Assembly: GCF_964355755.1 (NCBI RefSeq)
Contig: NC_092677.1
Span: 7,214,101-7,278,100, forward strand
Source of the DNA: Antedon mediterranea
Lineage: Eukaryota; Animalia; Echinodermata
Reading direction: 5' to 3'
DNA length: 64,000 bases
The position numbers and the translations under genes are program-made. Below, one piece after another: positions 37,701-50,400 of the stretch (position 1 is the first letter of the stretch; every line of letters begins with the position of its first letter). The notes below the pieces were generated by a model. The model was not told the DNA's origin and made no database searches. It saw nothing but the letters and a program-made list of their open reading frames with translations.

Positions 37701-39591
37701 TCATGGAGGTTATAATTATTTTATTCTTCTCAACTTAGAGTCAAACTAAACTATTGTTACATGAAATACATTTGTTTATGACAACTATAATATAAATGTT
37801 TGAAAAAACTAGGTCACCTGGTAATTATCAGATAAAGATATTATCCATATTAATATACATGAATTTAACAGGTGCTGTACATGGCCAGGCATGGGTTATT
37901 TTGCAAGTTTGCAATTTAAAGTAAGGAGTGTGTTTGTACATACTTTTGAAAAGGTTAACAAATTTTCATTGGGTAATTGGTGTTAGCTCACCAAATCACA
38001 TATATTGAGGAACTAATACTCAACCGGCGCAGCTACAGTGATAAAGTTCACTTAGGTTGACCCTGGTCTCCCCAATTTCATTTTTTTTATTATGTATAAT
38101 TATACTGAAATAGACTGAATAAATAATGAAATGAAAAATAGAAAATCACTATTCTGCTTATCTAAAAAAAGTTTCAGTTTGTTTTAACTATAGAGGGCAG
38201 CAGAGTAAAAGTTGGAAATGAATAAACCAGGTGGCACTAAATCACAGGTGACTTAAAACAACCCTAAGACATATGTTGAATAATGTAAACAAATTCAACA
38301 ATCAGAAGAAGCATGTTTATCAATCAATTGGTCAATTACCAATGAACCATTAACTGTGTTAATTGTGCTTCTACTATTTCAAGTTCAATTTGACAGAAAA
38401 TTGTAGGTCCTTCAGACTGTTTAACCAGGGAGATGTAACTTTTAAAACATGTTAGAAACGGGTTTCAAATATATTCAAACAAATCATTAAAACTAAATAA
38501 TGATTAGACAGAAACTTTTGAACCAAAACCAGATAGCAGCAACAAGTAAACTGTCTAAGGAAATATGATAATTTGCATAATTTTGGGGTCATTTGACCTG
38601 GCATGTAGGCCTATAGGCCTATGATTTACCTTTTTCATTCACTATAAAAAAGCTATTTATTCTACAAATTTTGTTTACACTGGATAGTGAAGATTTATAT
38701 GAACACAAAAATGTTCAAATATGAATTCTTTTTATTGAATATAATGAAAATGAAATTTACACAAATCAACATTTGTCAGCAACAAGTTGAAAGCTATAAA
38801 AAATGCATACATTTCAGTGAAAAAGAATGATTACCTAAAAAAGTGAAGACAAATTATTTTCTTATACCAGGTAGTGCCCAGTTCAATGACATTAATTGTT
38901 TATAGCTGGTAGTAACAACTATTTATCAAACTACCACAAATCCGGGTTCAAAACATTTTCTACAATTGGGTGAAATTTAACTAAATCAAATAATACAGTT
39001 AATCCAAAATGTGATGCACATAACAAATGTCTTTGAAAAATAAACACTTTCCAAGAAAAACTACCTAAAAGGATATTTAAGGTCCAAATTAATTTCTTTC
39101 CTGCTAACTGTTACTTTACTCTGATACTGTTAGGCCTACTATCTAATTGTATTTCGATATTTTAAGTGTGAGGAATAAAACGAAAATTACGTAGTTCCCC
39201 AACCAGGGCCACCCTAAGTAACCCCCATCGTCCAGTACCTACATATCACGATCAATCAAGACGGTCACAATCCCGTCACTTTTGCCGTACCTCAACCACC
39301 CGTGCGGTGAGATCAAACATGCACCAGCTACCCGTCACATATCATGGTAGAATGTTAAACACTAAAAATGACATGACAATTTAGTATACTAGTAGGTTAT
39401 TATTATTCATGAAATTAATATTAATTTTATTACTGACTTTATAAACATATTTCATGGGTGATTGCTTCGCAAGGTGTCATTTTCGGACGACTGTTAGAAA
39501 TGAATAAACGTTGGAAGAAATTATAAACAGACCTACCTTTCAACGTAAAGGCCATCAAAAACAAAACGAAGAACATCTTTAGCGTTGTCAT
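20095..39591 (-). CDS. KIRREL: KIRREL/Neph1 (Kin of IRRE)-like Ig-superfamily adhesion protein; 11 coding exons, ~740 aa
   Basis: Exons (minus) 39591-39537, 28473-28256, 27844-27733, 24100-23780, 23426-23292, 23128-23009, 22468-22073, 21684-21520, 21409-21305, 20950-20616, 20355-20095 keep frame (2223 nt): signal peptide, five Ig domains, TM helix, Tyr/Arg-rich tail ending in the PDZ-type motif ATDV*. Confidence 0.85.
20616..20950 (-). CDS. KIRREL-like exon 10 (cytoplasmic)
   Basis: RRKKLTLNEEEEVDDDEDD..YVDPEYLPYR. Confidence 0.8.
21305..21409 (-). CDS. KIRREL-like exon 9 (transmembrane)
   Basis: EMDMIIFIIIGVVSSSVFILVAAVMVIICFKRRYN. Confidence 0.88.
21520..21684 (-). CDS. KIRREL-like exon 8 (Ig5 end)
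   Basis: GSAFERF..GVRSILYIEETSDEDFRAYNCTIWNEKG. Confidence 0.88.
22073..22468 (-). CDS. KIRREL-like exon 7 (Ig4 and start of Ig5)
   Basis: FAPFFTTYPED..CAADGNPKPTIKW..DVGIYMCTATVTGF..INGIPII..IDCF..PDPMMIEWNW; probable GC donor. Confidence 0.88.
23009..23128 (-). CDS. KIRREL-like exon 6 (Ig3 end)
   Basis: GATEAQL..NGVTFKCVAMNAVDSREATVTLNVH. Confidence 0.9.
23292..23426 (-). CDS. KIRREL-like exon 5 (Ig3)
   Basis: APVVSI..VTFNCVATGNPNAMSYAWYRN. Confidence 0.9.
23780..24100 (-). CDS. KIRREL-like exon 4 (Ig2)
   Basis: PPISV..LTCRGLQGNPPAQITWYRD..SVLTITP..YVCHVINDAL. Confidence 0.9.
24527..24590 (+). pseudogene. decayed copy of the tRNA-like head seen at 25566
   Basis: cagtggtctaatgg..catatcaa..agttcgagtcttggttg matches the A-box, anticodon loop and B-box of 25566-25637. 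Confidence 0.55.
25268..25340 (-). tRNA. second tRNA-Asp(ATC)-like copy (one extra G in the 3' acceptor strand)
   Basis: Reverse complement of 25566-25637, followed by T5 on the minus strand. Confidence 0.55.
25566..25637 (+). tRNA. tRNA-Asp(ATC)-like gene or tRNA-derived element head
   Basis: Full cloverleaf: gccccag/ttggggc, D-arm gtct-aatggtta-ggac, anticodon arm tctgc-atATCaa-gcagg, T-arm ccgag-ttcgagt-ctcgg, discriminator G, then TTTTT at 25640. Confidence 0.6.
27733..27844 (-). CDS. KIRREL-like exon 3 (Ig1 end)
   Basis: IEDVVLADDGHYECQV..LRSSPLAKLTVI. Confidence 0.9.
28256..28473 (-). CDS. KIRREL-like exon 2 (Ig1)
   Basis: ASAVQQFAKQP..VLECVI..WLKDG..PRYSIIGD..GEFNLQ. Confidence 0.9.
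30940..31246 (-). mobile_element. tRNA-derived Deu-type SINE with L2-like tail
   Basis: Minus strand: gggcgtgtggcgcagtgtgttgg..aggtttgaatcc..ccttaggcaagatacttt..tctccacccaggtgtataaatagg..gcgctatataaat..(tat)n. Confidence 0.8.
32016..32909. mobile_element. non-autonomous Ginger-like DNA transposon
   Basis: TGTCAC...GTGACA termini with 4-bp TSD GGAC (32012-32015, 32910-32913); subterminal arrays of ggacc.attttggc.gccaaaa..ggtcc. Confidence 0.75.
34361..34560 (+). repeat. ~59-bp tandem repeat x3, related to Tc1/mariner-type MITE ends
   Basis: aaagtgtcccctgaataggggctggccataacgttaaaacatatcgttgtttcactgc repeated. Confidence 0.85.
35200..35648 (-). mobile_element. Penelope-like retroelement 3' fragment (GIY-YIG C-terminus, 3' UTR, hammerhead motif)
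   Basis: ORF 35429-35644 H..DKASHIFQHL..CFTVLD..KLKVKEALHISWSKPSLNKQ is typical of the PLE endonuclease end. Confidence 0.85.
35287..35328 (-). ncRNA. hammerhead-ribozyme-like motif of the Penelope fragment
   Basis: tgtt-CTGATGA-t-gagaa-tatagt-ttctc-GAAA-cgg-GTC-aca. Confidence 0.6.
39537..39591 (-). CDS. KIRREL-like exon 1 (signal peptide)
   Basis: MTTLKMFFVLFLMAFTLK, then G|gtaggt; phase 1 matches the next exon. Confidence 0.75.
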
Positions 39592-39599
39592 TAATGAAT

Positions 39600-40060
39600 A
39601 ATTATTTTAAAGAGAGCAAATCAGCCGTGTGCACGCACTGCATGAGTTCTTGCTAAATAATGTGGAACAAAACTCGTCGACTGTTTCAAAAAATATCTTT
39701 TCGATAAGACGATGTTGCGAAGTTCGTCTGTCAAATTTACTGAGTACAGTACAATCTTCCCTCCTCCCACATTCGATCACCGTTTGCATATTAATTAGGT
39801 TGGGTAGCAGACCAGAGGAGGAGAGGCTATTGAATGCGAGAACGTTTCCTACGTAGATGTAAAGGAAGTAGTTAGTGTGGTGAATAGCTATAATTTATAA
39901 TACTAGATGGCACGCTCGCTTCGCTCGCGTACCATCTAGGTCGTGCCCACAGATGGTTCTCGAATACACAGTATTTCCAGCGCGAAAAAAATGGAGATTT
40001 CAAATGTACGTACCGCAGGACTATAATACATTGTCGTTTACAGAAACGAATAGATATACA
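39600..40060 (-). promoter_or_regulatory. probable 5' UTR/promoter of the KIRREL-like gene
   Basis: Locally CpG-enriched stretch immediately upstream of the ATG; TSS not determinable. Confidence 0.4.
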
Positions 40061-40482
40061 CAATGATTTATGTAGTCAACCAAAATTAGCACCCTGGGAA
40101 TTACTTCCGAGAGAGAAACAAAATGAGTCAAATTTTTTTATTTGGACTCATTTAAAAAAACCCAATTTGTGTTTTGTATGTAACATTAAGGGTTGAGGGA
40201 TGGGGGAAGAAGATAGGTACAAAGAGGAAACATTTTAAAATATATTCTTATCCACTCAGTAACGAAATATTGTTTTTAATGTTTTATAGGCCTATAAATA
40301 ATATACCACTAAATACAGTAAAACATTTGCGATTTAATACGGTACTTTGTTAGAACTGTCACTGTCATAGTCGATTGAAATAGTAAAGTACATGTGTTAC
40401 GATACACCACTACGACGTTTATATATTTTTAAATTATTAATTAATACAAACGTTGAGAAGCAACTGTCAGTAATAACGTTTA

Positions 40483-41268
40483 TTTATTTGTATATTATAT
40501 GTTTATAATCTAACAGTAGGGCCTACCACTCACAGTAATAAAGTTTATTTGTATATATTTTTATATTACATCTAACAGTACCAACACTCACAGTAAGAAA
40601 TTTGCGATTCAGATTGCGATCAAAAGTGGTTAATACCTTAACAGTATTGTACAGCATTGCAATACTATTTATGTTTATTCTCCAAGGGGGCCCATAAATC
40701 TAAATCTATACCTCTATGGTTAAACCAAATAATTTGGAATGTTTATTTGTATATTATATGTTTATTATCTAACAGTAGGGCCTACCACTCACAGTAATAA
40801 AGTTTATTTGTATATATTTTTATATTATATCTAACAGTACCAACACTCACAGTAAGAAATTTGCGATTCAAATTGCGATCAAAAGTGGTTAATACCTTAA
40901 CAGTATTGTACAGCATTGCAATACTATTTATGTTTATTCTCCAAGGGGGCCCGCCCATAAATCTAAATCTATACCTCTATGGTTAAACCAAATAATTTGG
41001 AATGTTTATTTGTATATTATATGTTTATAATCTAACAGTAGGGCCTACCCACACTCACAGTAATAAAGTTTATTTGTATATATTTTTATATTACATCTAA
41101 CAGTACCAACACTCACAGTAAGACATTTGCGATTCAAATTGCGATCAAAAGTGGTTAATACCTTAACAGTATTGTACAGCATTGCAATACTATTTATGTT
41201 TATTCTCCAAGGGGGCCCATAAATCTAAATCTATACCTGTATGGTTAAACCAAATAATTTGGAATGTT
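40483..41268 (+). repeat. ~260-bp tandem repeat x3
   Basis: tttatttgtatattatatgttta..ggggcccataaatctaaatc..ggaatg starts at ~40483, 40742, 41006. Confidence 0.92.
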
Positions 41269-41819
41269 CCATTCATCACAAATCAATACATTTGTAAAAA
41301 CGTATATTAAATGTATCAAAATAGTATTTTTTAAAGAAAATCGGCCTGTCTTCAACATTATGATGCTGTACTCGAACTGTTCAACCGGTTTTCAGCTATT
41401 AAAAACAATTATCGTAGGAGGAGATAGGAAAATGCGAAGCCTCCTCGCATTTTTGTGGCGGGTATTTTTCAAGATGGACATCCATTAGACAGTGTATACC
41501 ACGATCGGAAAACACCCCTATTTGGGGCAAATCGTTGAACCTAAATTCGTTTTAATCGTCAATAACTAATTATCTAACTTAATTTAATTAGTAAACAGGG
41601 TTACATCAGGTGGTTAAAATCAGTACCGAAAGTACGAACCAACTTTATATACCATCGAGTAAAAATTCTAGAAGTAAGGCGCGATTTACCGATTTTTGCC
41701 CTTACGTAAATTTATATATAGATGTGTATATATTATATGTAGGCTTCATCGTAATTTTATTAACTTGAAAATCTTCCGAATAATTTTGAAGAATATTGAA
41801 AATTCATGTGTTATCGTAC

Positions 41820-42043
41820 TGTGGCTATTTTCGGAAGTTGAACACAAGTTTGCGCGCAAAACTTTTTTGCTGGTGATTTTTCGACGACAACATCGATGTT
41901 GATCTTGTAGAGCAATCGTTACATCAGAGTTGTTTATTCGCCGTGTAGTTTATTTTTTGTAGATGAACATTTGGTTTCATCTAATCACTCGACTAACGGT
42001 GTCCACCACCAGTGTATAAACATTGTCCACAAAGGAGAGCAAG
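41820..42043 (+). other. probable non-coding first exon of a third, divergently transcribed gene
   Basis: CpG-enriched stretch ending in a strong donor caag|gtaagc; no downstream coding exon recognised in the window. Confidence 0.35.
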
Positions 42044-43000
42044 GTAAGCCCATCTTTACTTTTATTTTAATTATTTAGTAATTGTCAAAATGGATAGGCC
42101 TAAGGAAATTAGCTACGGACCTCGCATCCCATCATGGAGGTATGCGTTCTATCTCCTTTCTTTCGTCATGGGACATTTATTATGTTTTGTGAATATTGTT
42201 TGTATTGTACCTTATGTATTGTATTAGTACATCTTACAATATCATACTTGTTTGCGTTCATGAGAGTAGCCTACTTTCTTGAGTGTTTTCAATTAATTTT
42301 GAACAAGGTTTCCGAGTAAATATACTTTAAGCATTTTCTTGAACAAAACCATATTATAGGAGTAATATATATGTGTATGATGGTATGGTTATATACAGGA
42401 CACATGTATCAAACTTAACTGTCGTCCTAGTACTCATGGCTGTATATCATCAATAACAGTAAGAGAAGAGAATAAGTCAAAGAAGCAGTAATTGCATTGT
42501 CAAAAACATTCTGATAAATTGACAAAAATTAGGTTAATTTATTGAAAACTGCAATGAATTTCTTCAAACAGAATATTAATTGGAAAGATAGTATTTTAAA
42601 GATCTACTAATTCAATTTTAATTAATTCTGTAGAATTTTGCACAAAAAAAAACACTGCCTTGGGTACATTTTAAATGTATTTTAAATTGATAAAATCCAT
42701 TAAAAGATTATAACTAAGAGGTTGATGCAGTTACAGTGAAAAAGACATTTAATTGATTTTCTCTTAAGACAGGGTTGAGTAGAATATAAGTTTGCCCCAT
42801 ATTTTTTAACATGCCTAGATATTTCTAAACCAACTACCTATCCACATCCACATTACCTGCCACTGCTATGGAAAAGTGTACCTCTATTGGGGGAGAGGTT
42901 TGGGGTGGGGGAAGGTTTGGGGTGGGGGAAGGTTTTTTTGGTTCCTGTGGGATGTTAGGATGAAGGACCAAAAATAATTCTAAAGACTATTCAGTAGACC

Positions 43001-43168
43001 TACAATAGAACCCCTATTAATTAAGGAGACACTTTCCTATGAAACAAATGAGGGGAAACATTTTTTAACACACTTTGGAGAACCACTATTTAGGGGAGGG
43101 GGACCCATATTAGAGGGAAACTGTGTTGTTCCCAAGGCAAGGGTGTCTCCTTAATAGATGTTCTAATG
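43001..43168. mobile_element. degenerate Tc1/mariner-type MITE
   Basis: tacaatagaacccctattaattaaggagacac ... gtgtctccttaatagatgttctaatgt inverted ends. Confidence 0.55.
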
Positions 43169-46100
43169 TTTTAGTACCCATTCAGAAAATTGACTATAAT
43201 TCCTATTGCATTTCTTCAAAAGATACATTTAGTTAAATCCCAGTAGCATCATTCAAGTAAATTTTGATTATTTAATATATTAGTAGTTTATTCACATAAG
43301 GAGTGTTTACTTCTGTGCTATTTTAAATATAAACACAGTGAAGGTCAGAACAACTATTAAATATAGGTTAAAACCACTTCACTGAATATAAAAAATGTGT
43401 AACAAAAAAAACAGAACTTAAATCCTTCAAATCAAAATGAAACTTTTCAGGCACTATTCACTATTTTTTATGTTACAAAAAAGTGTATATAATGGTAATT
43501 GGTGATTTTTCTTTTGGTAAAATAATTTAACATTGTTTGTAAAATTTACTCAAGGCATGGATAAATAAGTTCCAACTATTTCTCCATGCTCACCGACAAC
43601 ATATTATACTACTTTATTTAAATTTAACTGTTACTACACAGAAAAATAAACAAGAGGTGACATAAAGGGGTTGTTTGTTCATAGTGTGGAGACAATTTAA
43701 CTCAATGACAGAACTTTCCCTTTCAATTGTATTTTTAAATAGAGAAGAGCTAGGTGCAACAGTTATTGTGATGTTAATTGCTATGTATTATTTAGAGACA
43801 TGTAATCTTCTCATGGACAGTTTTCTATTCCTTTCAACTATTGTCTCCAAATAATTTAACTCAATTTACCAATTAAAGTAAGATAATAAGATGTAAAGTC
43901 TTTCTAAGTTAAAGTGTGCTTTGATCACCTGAGCTGACTTGAGGCAACAGATAGATTTTGAGAGAACAATCAGTGCAAGAAAAAATTGTTAACAGTATTT
44001 GTTCGTGTCACAGACCAAATGATGTTCATATTTGTATATATACCAATAAAGTTCACATAGATAATACAATACAATTGTGGAAGATTATCTATTATTGTAT
44101 TGGAAGAAAACCTATTTATTTATTTATCATATTATTTAAATAGGGTAATTTTTTGTTTTTGTAATTTTGTAATTTTCACTTTCAAATGAAACCCTATGAC
44201 TGGACATCCTACCACCTGGTTCATTATTCAAATCACCTTTGGGGTGCATACTGACCCATACCCTGCCTGTATCAACTCTTAATAGAAAGTCTAGACAAAA
44301 TTATCCACAAACTCTACCTTTAAAATAATTAATTTATACTAAAACTAACAAATTTACAATTAATTATATGGTATCAAAAAGTGTTGGAACTTTCTGGCTC
44401 TTGAGATTTGGAGTCGGCTATCATGGTGCCATGTCTACACGCGTACAAGCATCAATCAGCTAGAATCTTATTGTTAGACAAGTTAAAACTTTTTGATTGA
44501 TGTGAAACATGTTTTTATTTCTTCTGCCTTGTTTCCTGATATCTGTTTAAACCCAATGATCCTTATAAATGACCATGTTCACTGACATAATATTGTAAGC
44601 TTGCCATTTGTTAATTACATGTTTTGTTTTGTTCTACATTTTCCAATTCATTAGTGTCTTAGTTTAAACTCAGTCATTTGATACTCGCTCTTTTTCTGCG
44701 TTCTTTATAACCAGCTTTATATATTGCTTTAAAGGAACAGTAGTAGTGGGTTGTCGACGAGTGTTTGGTATATTTGTTTTGTGTATTTGGTGTGAGGAAC
44801 TACTATTCAGGGCTCTTGTAGCGAGCTAAGCCCCTTCAGCCGTTACCCAAACATATTTAATCCTTCATGGATGGGGGATTAGTGGGAACAAAAGCTTGCA
44901 AATTAGTTCTTAGAGTAGAAGTGTTATTTTTGACGGTTACCAGATTTAGACCGATTGCAGCCAAGTACACAGGTAAATCACTGGCGCTAACATTTAAGTG
45001 TTTTCTGGCAGAAAGACAAAAGTTGAGGATAAATTGGAAAGATTTAAGATTAACTACAGGAACTACTGTTGGAATTTAGAGAGAACACAGATACACAAGA
45101 TATAAGCAGAGTAAGTGATGTAATATGTTACTTTTCCTCAATCAAATTACTGTATGTTTAAAAAAGAAATTAGAATTAAAATTAAGTTTGATTTAATTTA
45201 TTTCAATAACATATATGATATACAAAGTTAACTAATATAGATAAAAAAAGCAAACAAAAAACACAATCATTTTGTATAGTGCTAGGGATAGCCCTCTAAA
45301 TTCCCAAAAAGGATAAACGTAATTTTAGTAAGAAAGAAGGATAGTGGTTATTTAAAGTGAAGTGTAAGATTAAGTTTGTTTTTGTAAGAATACTTCATCA
45401 ATAGATACTGGGACATGATCATCTTTGTGTAACATTAATGTTCAACATTATTTATAATCTATTTATCCTCCATTGAAAAACACTGAATTCATTGAGTTTT
45501 ATATACAGAATTTAATGTTTATTTCCAAAATGTTACATTGTTTATCAGTCAAATTAGGTCTGTTATATATTCCTTTACACCATAACCTTGGTTTCTTTAT
45601 GGTAGGCCTACTTGGCTTGTAACTGTAGACAGTTATTCCTGATACACTATTAATAGGCAATCAACAAGCTGTGTTGTTTAACTAATGTTCTGTTAATTAA
45701 CATCTCATGGTCCCTTGTCTTTTAAAGAGAATGCAAAAGGCTACATTTCACTATTATCAGGCAGTTGTACAGATGTGTACAGTTTATTTGATCAATAGGT
45801 TTTATGGGGCCATATTTAATCTGGGTGGTATGGATGAAACTATCAAGCAATTTAATTGCAGAGAAAATTAACATTGAGCAGTAGGTGCTAGTTTCATATA
45901 TATAAAAAAAAGAAATTATATTTAGACTTGTTACATTTTGATTTGGACTTCTGTGCTGGAGAATGTCTTAGACTTTTTACATTCTGATTTGGACTTCTGT
46001 GCTGGAGAATGTAAGTGTCTTACCAATTAATTTGTACAAATTTGTGATAATACAGATAAGAATTGTTTGAATTTCATTTAACAGATAATTATACAGTATT

Positions 46101-47467
46101 AGGACTATATTGTTAATTATTGTAATCGATTCTCAGTGTTGTATCTCCACTTACGACACTATTTGCCTAGTCTGTAATACACCATAGCTCCTGTGCATCA
46201 TACGTGGTGCCTGCATCATGTAAATCATAGAATCAGGTGATTATTGTATGGTATTCAGCATGCAAGCTGTAGCCTATAAGCTTGGGGAAATTCGAAAGTG
46301 TTTGTACTCATTTGTTAGACATCTAATTAATATAAAATAGATATCTTTATGAATAGTTCCAATTATTTCAAATGAGCAAATAAAAGATGTTCCTAAGACA
46401 ATACCTTTGTTACTTAATTATCAGGTTTTACTAAGTCTACTACTACTGTACACAGAACTCCACATTATCCTTGTCTCCTTTATTAAGGCCTGTCACTCCA
46501 ATGAGATTAATACATTTTTACAGTTATTATTATTATTATTATAATTTTGTTTTCAATCTGAGAAAGGTTATAACATTTTTTTTGTTTTATCTCAAGGGAG
46601 GATATGTCAGTCAGTTTGCAATAAATTAAATTTCATGATTAAAAGTCTTGTTTTCATATTGAAAAATGTAAAAACACACTCTTTTGATCAATTCTATGAT
46701 TTAAATTATTTCATAAGATAATATGTCAGTCAGTTTCCAAAATTAAACTTTCTATTCTAGTGGATCTACACAATTTTGTTAACATATATTTGTATGTTAC
46801 TATGATATGCAAATGTGGCAGGTCACTTACCCCATAGTTCTTCCTTTTAACTACATGCTTTTCATCCAGTAAAATTTCCAAAACATAGTACTGTAGTAGC
46901 ATACCCTATTGAAAACCTCACATATTGGTTTTGTTAAATATGTTATCGTATACCTACAATATAACATAAATTATTAAAATAAATAATATCCTGTGAAAAA
47001 TAGAAGTAGAGATAGATGATTCTATAATATTTTTTGAACTTTAAAGATCTAAAAATAGATAATAATTGTGGAAGGTAGAAATATAAAGATTTATAATAAA
47101 TATTAGTTGAATTGATGAATACTAGGCGATACTAACTTCACTTGAATGATATACGCACCCATAACGAAATAACTAAGTAGATTTAGATAGTCTTTAATAG
47201 AAATAGCTCTATCCTTAGTAGGCTTAATAGGCCGTTAGTAGTTTTTTTCTCTTGGCTACTAAGGATTTTATCATAATTTCTTTGACTACTTTCTGACTAC
47301 ATAAAATAGATAGGTGACATAATAGGTACTACCTATTAAAAGTACACAGTAAGTAGTTGTATCATAGTTGATGTAGCACTATTTAAAGTAGGCCTTTAAG
47401 CTACACCATTGTTAGTAGTTTTTAATAGATATTTTTCACCTTAAGAGTTTTTATCTAGACAGGGAAT

Positions 47468-50400
47468 AGTCTCCATCTATCTATATATAATAGATATTTA
47501 GTAGGTATGAAAAAAAAGTTAAATGTAGTTTGTTAATAGGTTATAGATAGCTGTTGTCTATCTATTATAAGTAGACAGTTGATAGATAATACAAAACTGT
47601 ATTACTCATAGATTTATAATAGACTTGTAGTAGTCTCCAGCTATCTATATATAATAGATATTTAGTAGGTATGGAATATAAGTTAAATGTAGTTTGTTAA
47701 TAGGTTATAGATAGCTGTTGTCTATCTATTATAAGTAGACAGTTGATAGATAATACAAAACTGTGTTACTCATAGATTTCTAATAGACTTGTAGTAGTCT
47801 CCATCTATCTATATATAATAGATATTTAGTAGGTATGGAATATAAGTTAAACGTAGTTTGTTAATAGGTTATAGATAGCTGTTGTCTATCTATTATAAGT
47901 AGACAGTTGATAGATAATACAAAACTGTGTTACTCATAGATTTCTAATAGACTTGTAGTAGTCTCCATCTATCTATATATAATAGATATTTAGTAGGTAT
48001 GGAATATAAGTTAAACGTAGTTTGTTAATAGGTTATAGATAGCTGCTGTCTATCTATTATAAGTAGACAGTTGATAGATAATACAAAACTGTGTTACTCA
48101 TAGATTTCTAATAGACTTGTAGTAGTCTCCATCTATCTATATATAATAGATATTTAGTAGGTATGGAATATAAGTTAAATGTAGTTTGTTAATAGGTTAT
48201 AGATAGCTGTTGTCTATCTATTATAAGTAGACAGTTGATAGATAATACAAAACTGTATTACTCATAGATTTCTAATAGACTTGTAGTAGTCGCCATCTAT
48301 CTATATATAATAGATATTTAGTAGGTATGGAATATAAGTTAAACGTAGTTTGTTAATAGGTTTTAGATAGCTGTTGTCTATCTATTATAAGTAGACAGTT
48401 GATAGATAATACAAAACTGTGTTACTCATAGATTTCTAATAGACTTGTAGTAGTCTCCATCTATCTATATATAATAGATATTTAGTAGGTATGGAATATA
48501 AGTTAAATGTAGTTTGTTAATAGGTTATAGATAGCTGTTGTCTATCTATTATAAATAGACAGTTGATAGATAATACAAAACTGTGTTACTCATAGATTTC
48601 TAATAGACTTGTAGTAGTCTCCAGCTATCTATATATAATAGATATTTAGTAGGTATGGAATATAAGTTAAATGTAGTTTGTTAATAGGTTATAGATAGCT
48701 GCTGTCTATCTATTATAAGTAGACAGTTGATAGATAATACAAAACTGTGTTACTCATAGATTTCTAATAGACTTGTAGTAGTCTCCATCTATCTATATAT
48801 AATAGAGATTTAGTAGGTATGGAATATATGTTAAACGTAGTTTGTTAATAGGTTATAGATAGCTGTTGTCTATCTATTATAAGTAGACAGTTGATAGATA
48901 ATACAAAACTGTGTTACTCATAGATTTCTAATAGACTTGTAGTAGTCTCCATCTAACTATATATAATAGATATAGTAGGTATGGAATATAAGTTAAACGT
49001 AGTTTGTTAATAGGTTATAGATAGCTGTTGTCTATCTATTATAAGTAGACAGTTGATAGATAATACAAAACTGTGTTACTCATAGATTTCTAATAGACTT
49101 GTAGTAGTCTCCATCTATCTATATATAATAGATATTTAGTAGGTATGGAATATATGTTAAACGTAGTTTGTTAATAGGTTATAGATAGCTGTTGTCTATC
49201 TATTATAAGTAGACAGTTGATAATACAAAACTGTGTTACTCATAGATTTCTAATAGACTTGTAGTAGTCTCCATCTATCTATATATAATAGATATAGTAG
49301 GTATGGAATATATGTTAAACGTAGTTTGTTAATAGGTTATAGATAGCTGTTGTCTATCTATTATAAGTAGACAGTTGATAGATAATACAAAACTGTGTTA
49401 CTCATAGATTTCTAATAGACTTGTAGTAGTCTCCATCTATCTATATATAATAGATATTTAGTAGGTATGGAATATAAGTTAAACGTAGTTTGTTAATAGG
49501 TTATAGATAGCTGTTGTCTATCTATTATAAGTAGACAGTTGATAGATAATACAAAACTGTGTTACTCATAAATTTCTAATAGACTTGTAGTAGTCTCCAT
49601 CTATCTATATATAATAGATATTTAGTAGGTATGGAATATATGTTAAACGTAGTTTGTTAATAGGTTATAGATAGCTGTTGTCTATCTATTATAAGTAGAC
49701 AGTTGATAGATAATACAAAACTGTGTTACTCATAGATTTCTAATAGACTTGTAGTAGCCTCCATCTATCTATATATAATAGATATTTAGTAGGTATGGAA
49801 TATAAGTTAAATGTAGTTTGTTAATAGGTTATAGATAGCTGCTGTCTATTTATTATAAGTAGACAGTTGATAGATAATACAAAACTGTGTTACTCATAGA
49901 TTTCTAATAGACTTGTAGTAGCCTCCATCTATCTATATATAATAGATATTTAGTAGGTATGGAATATAAGTTAAACGTAGTTTGTTAATAGGTTATAGAT
50001 AGCTGTTGTCTATCTATTATAAGTAGACAGTTGATAGATAATACAAAACTGTATTACTCATAGATTTATAATAGACTTGTAGTAGTCTCCAGCTATCTAT
50101 ATATAATAGATATTTAGTAGGTATGGAATATAAGTTAAATGTAGTTTGTTAATAGGTTATAGATAGCTGTTGTCTATCTATTATAAGTAGACAGTTGATA
50201 GATAATACAAAACTGTATTACTCATAGATTTCTAATAGACTTGTAGTAGTCGCCATCTATCTATATATAATAGATATTTAGTAGGTATGGAATATAAGTT
50301 AAACGTAGTTTGTTAATAGGTTTTAGATAGCTGTTGTCTATCTATTATAAGTAGACAGTTGATAGATAATACAAAACTGTGTTACTCATAGATTTCTAAT

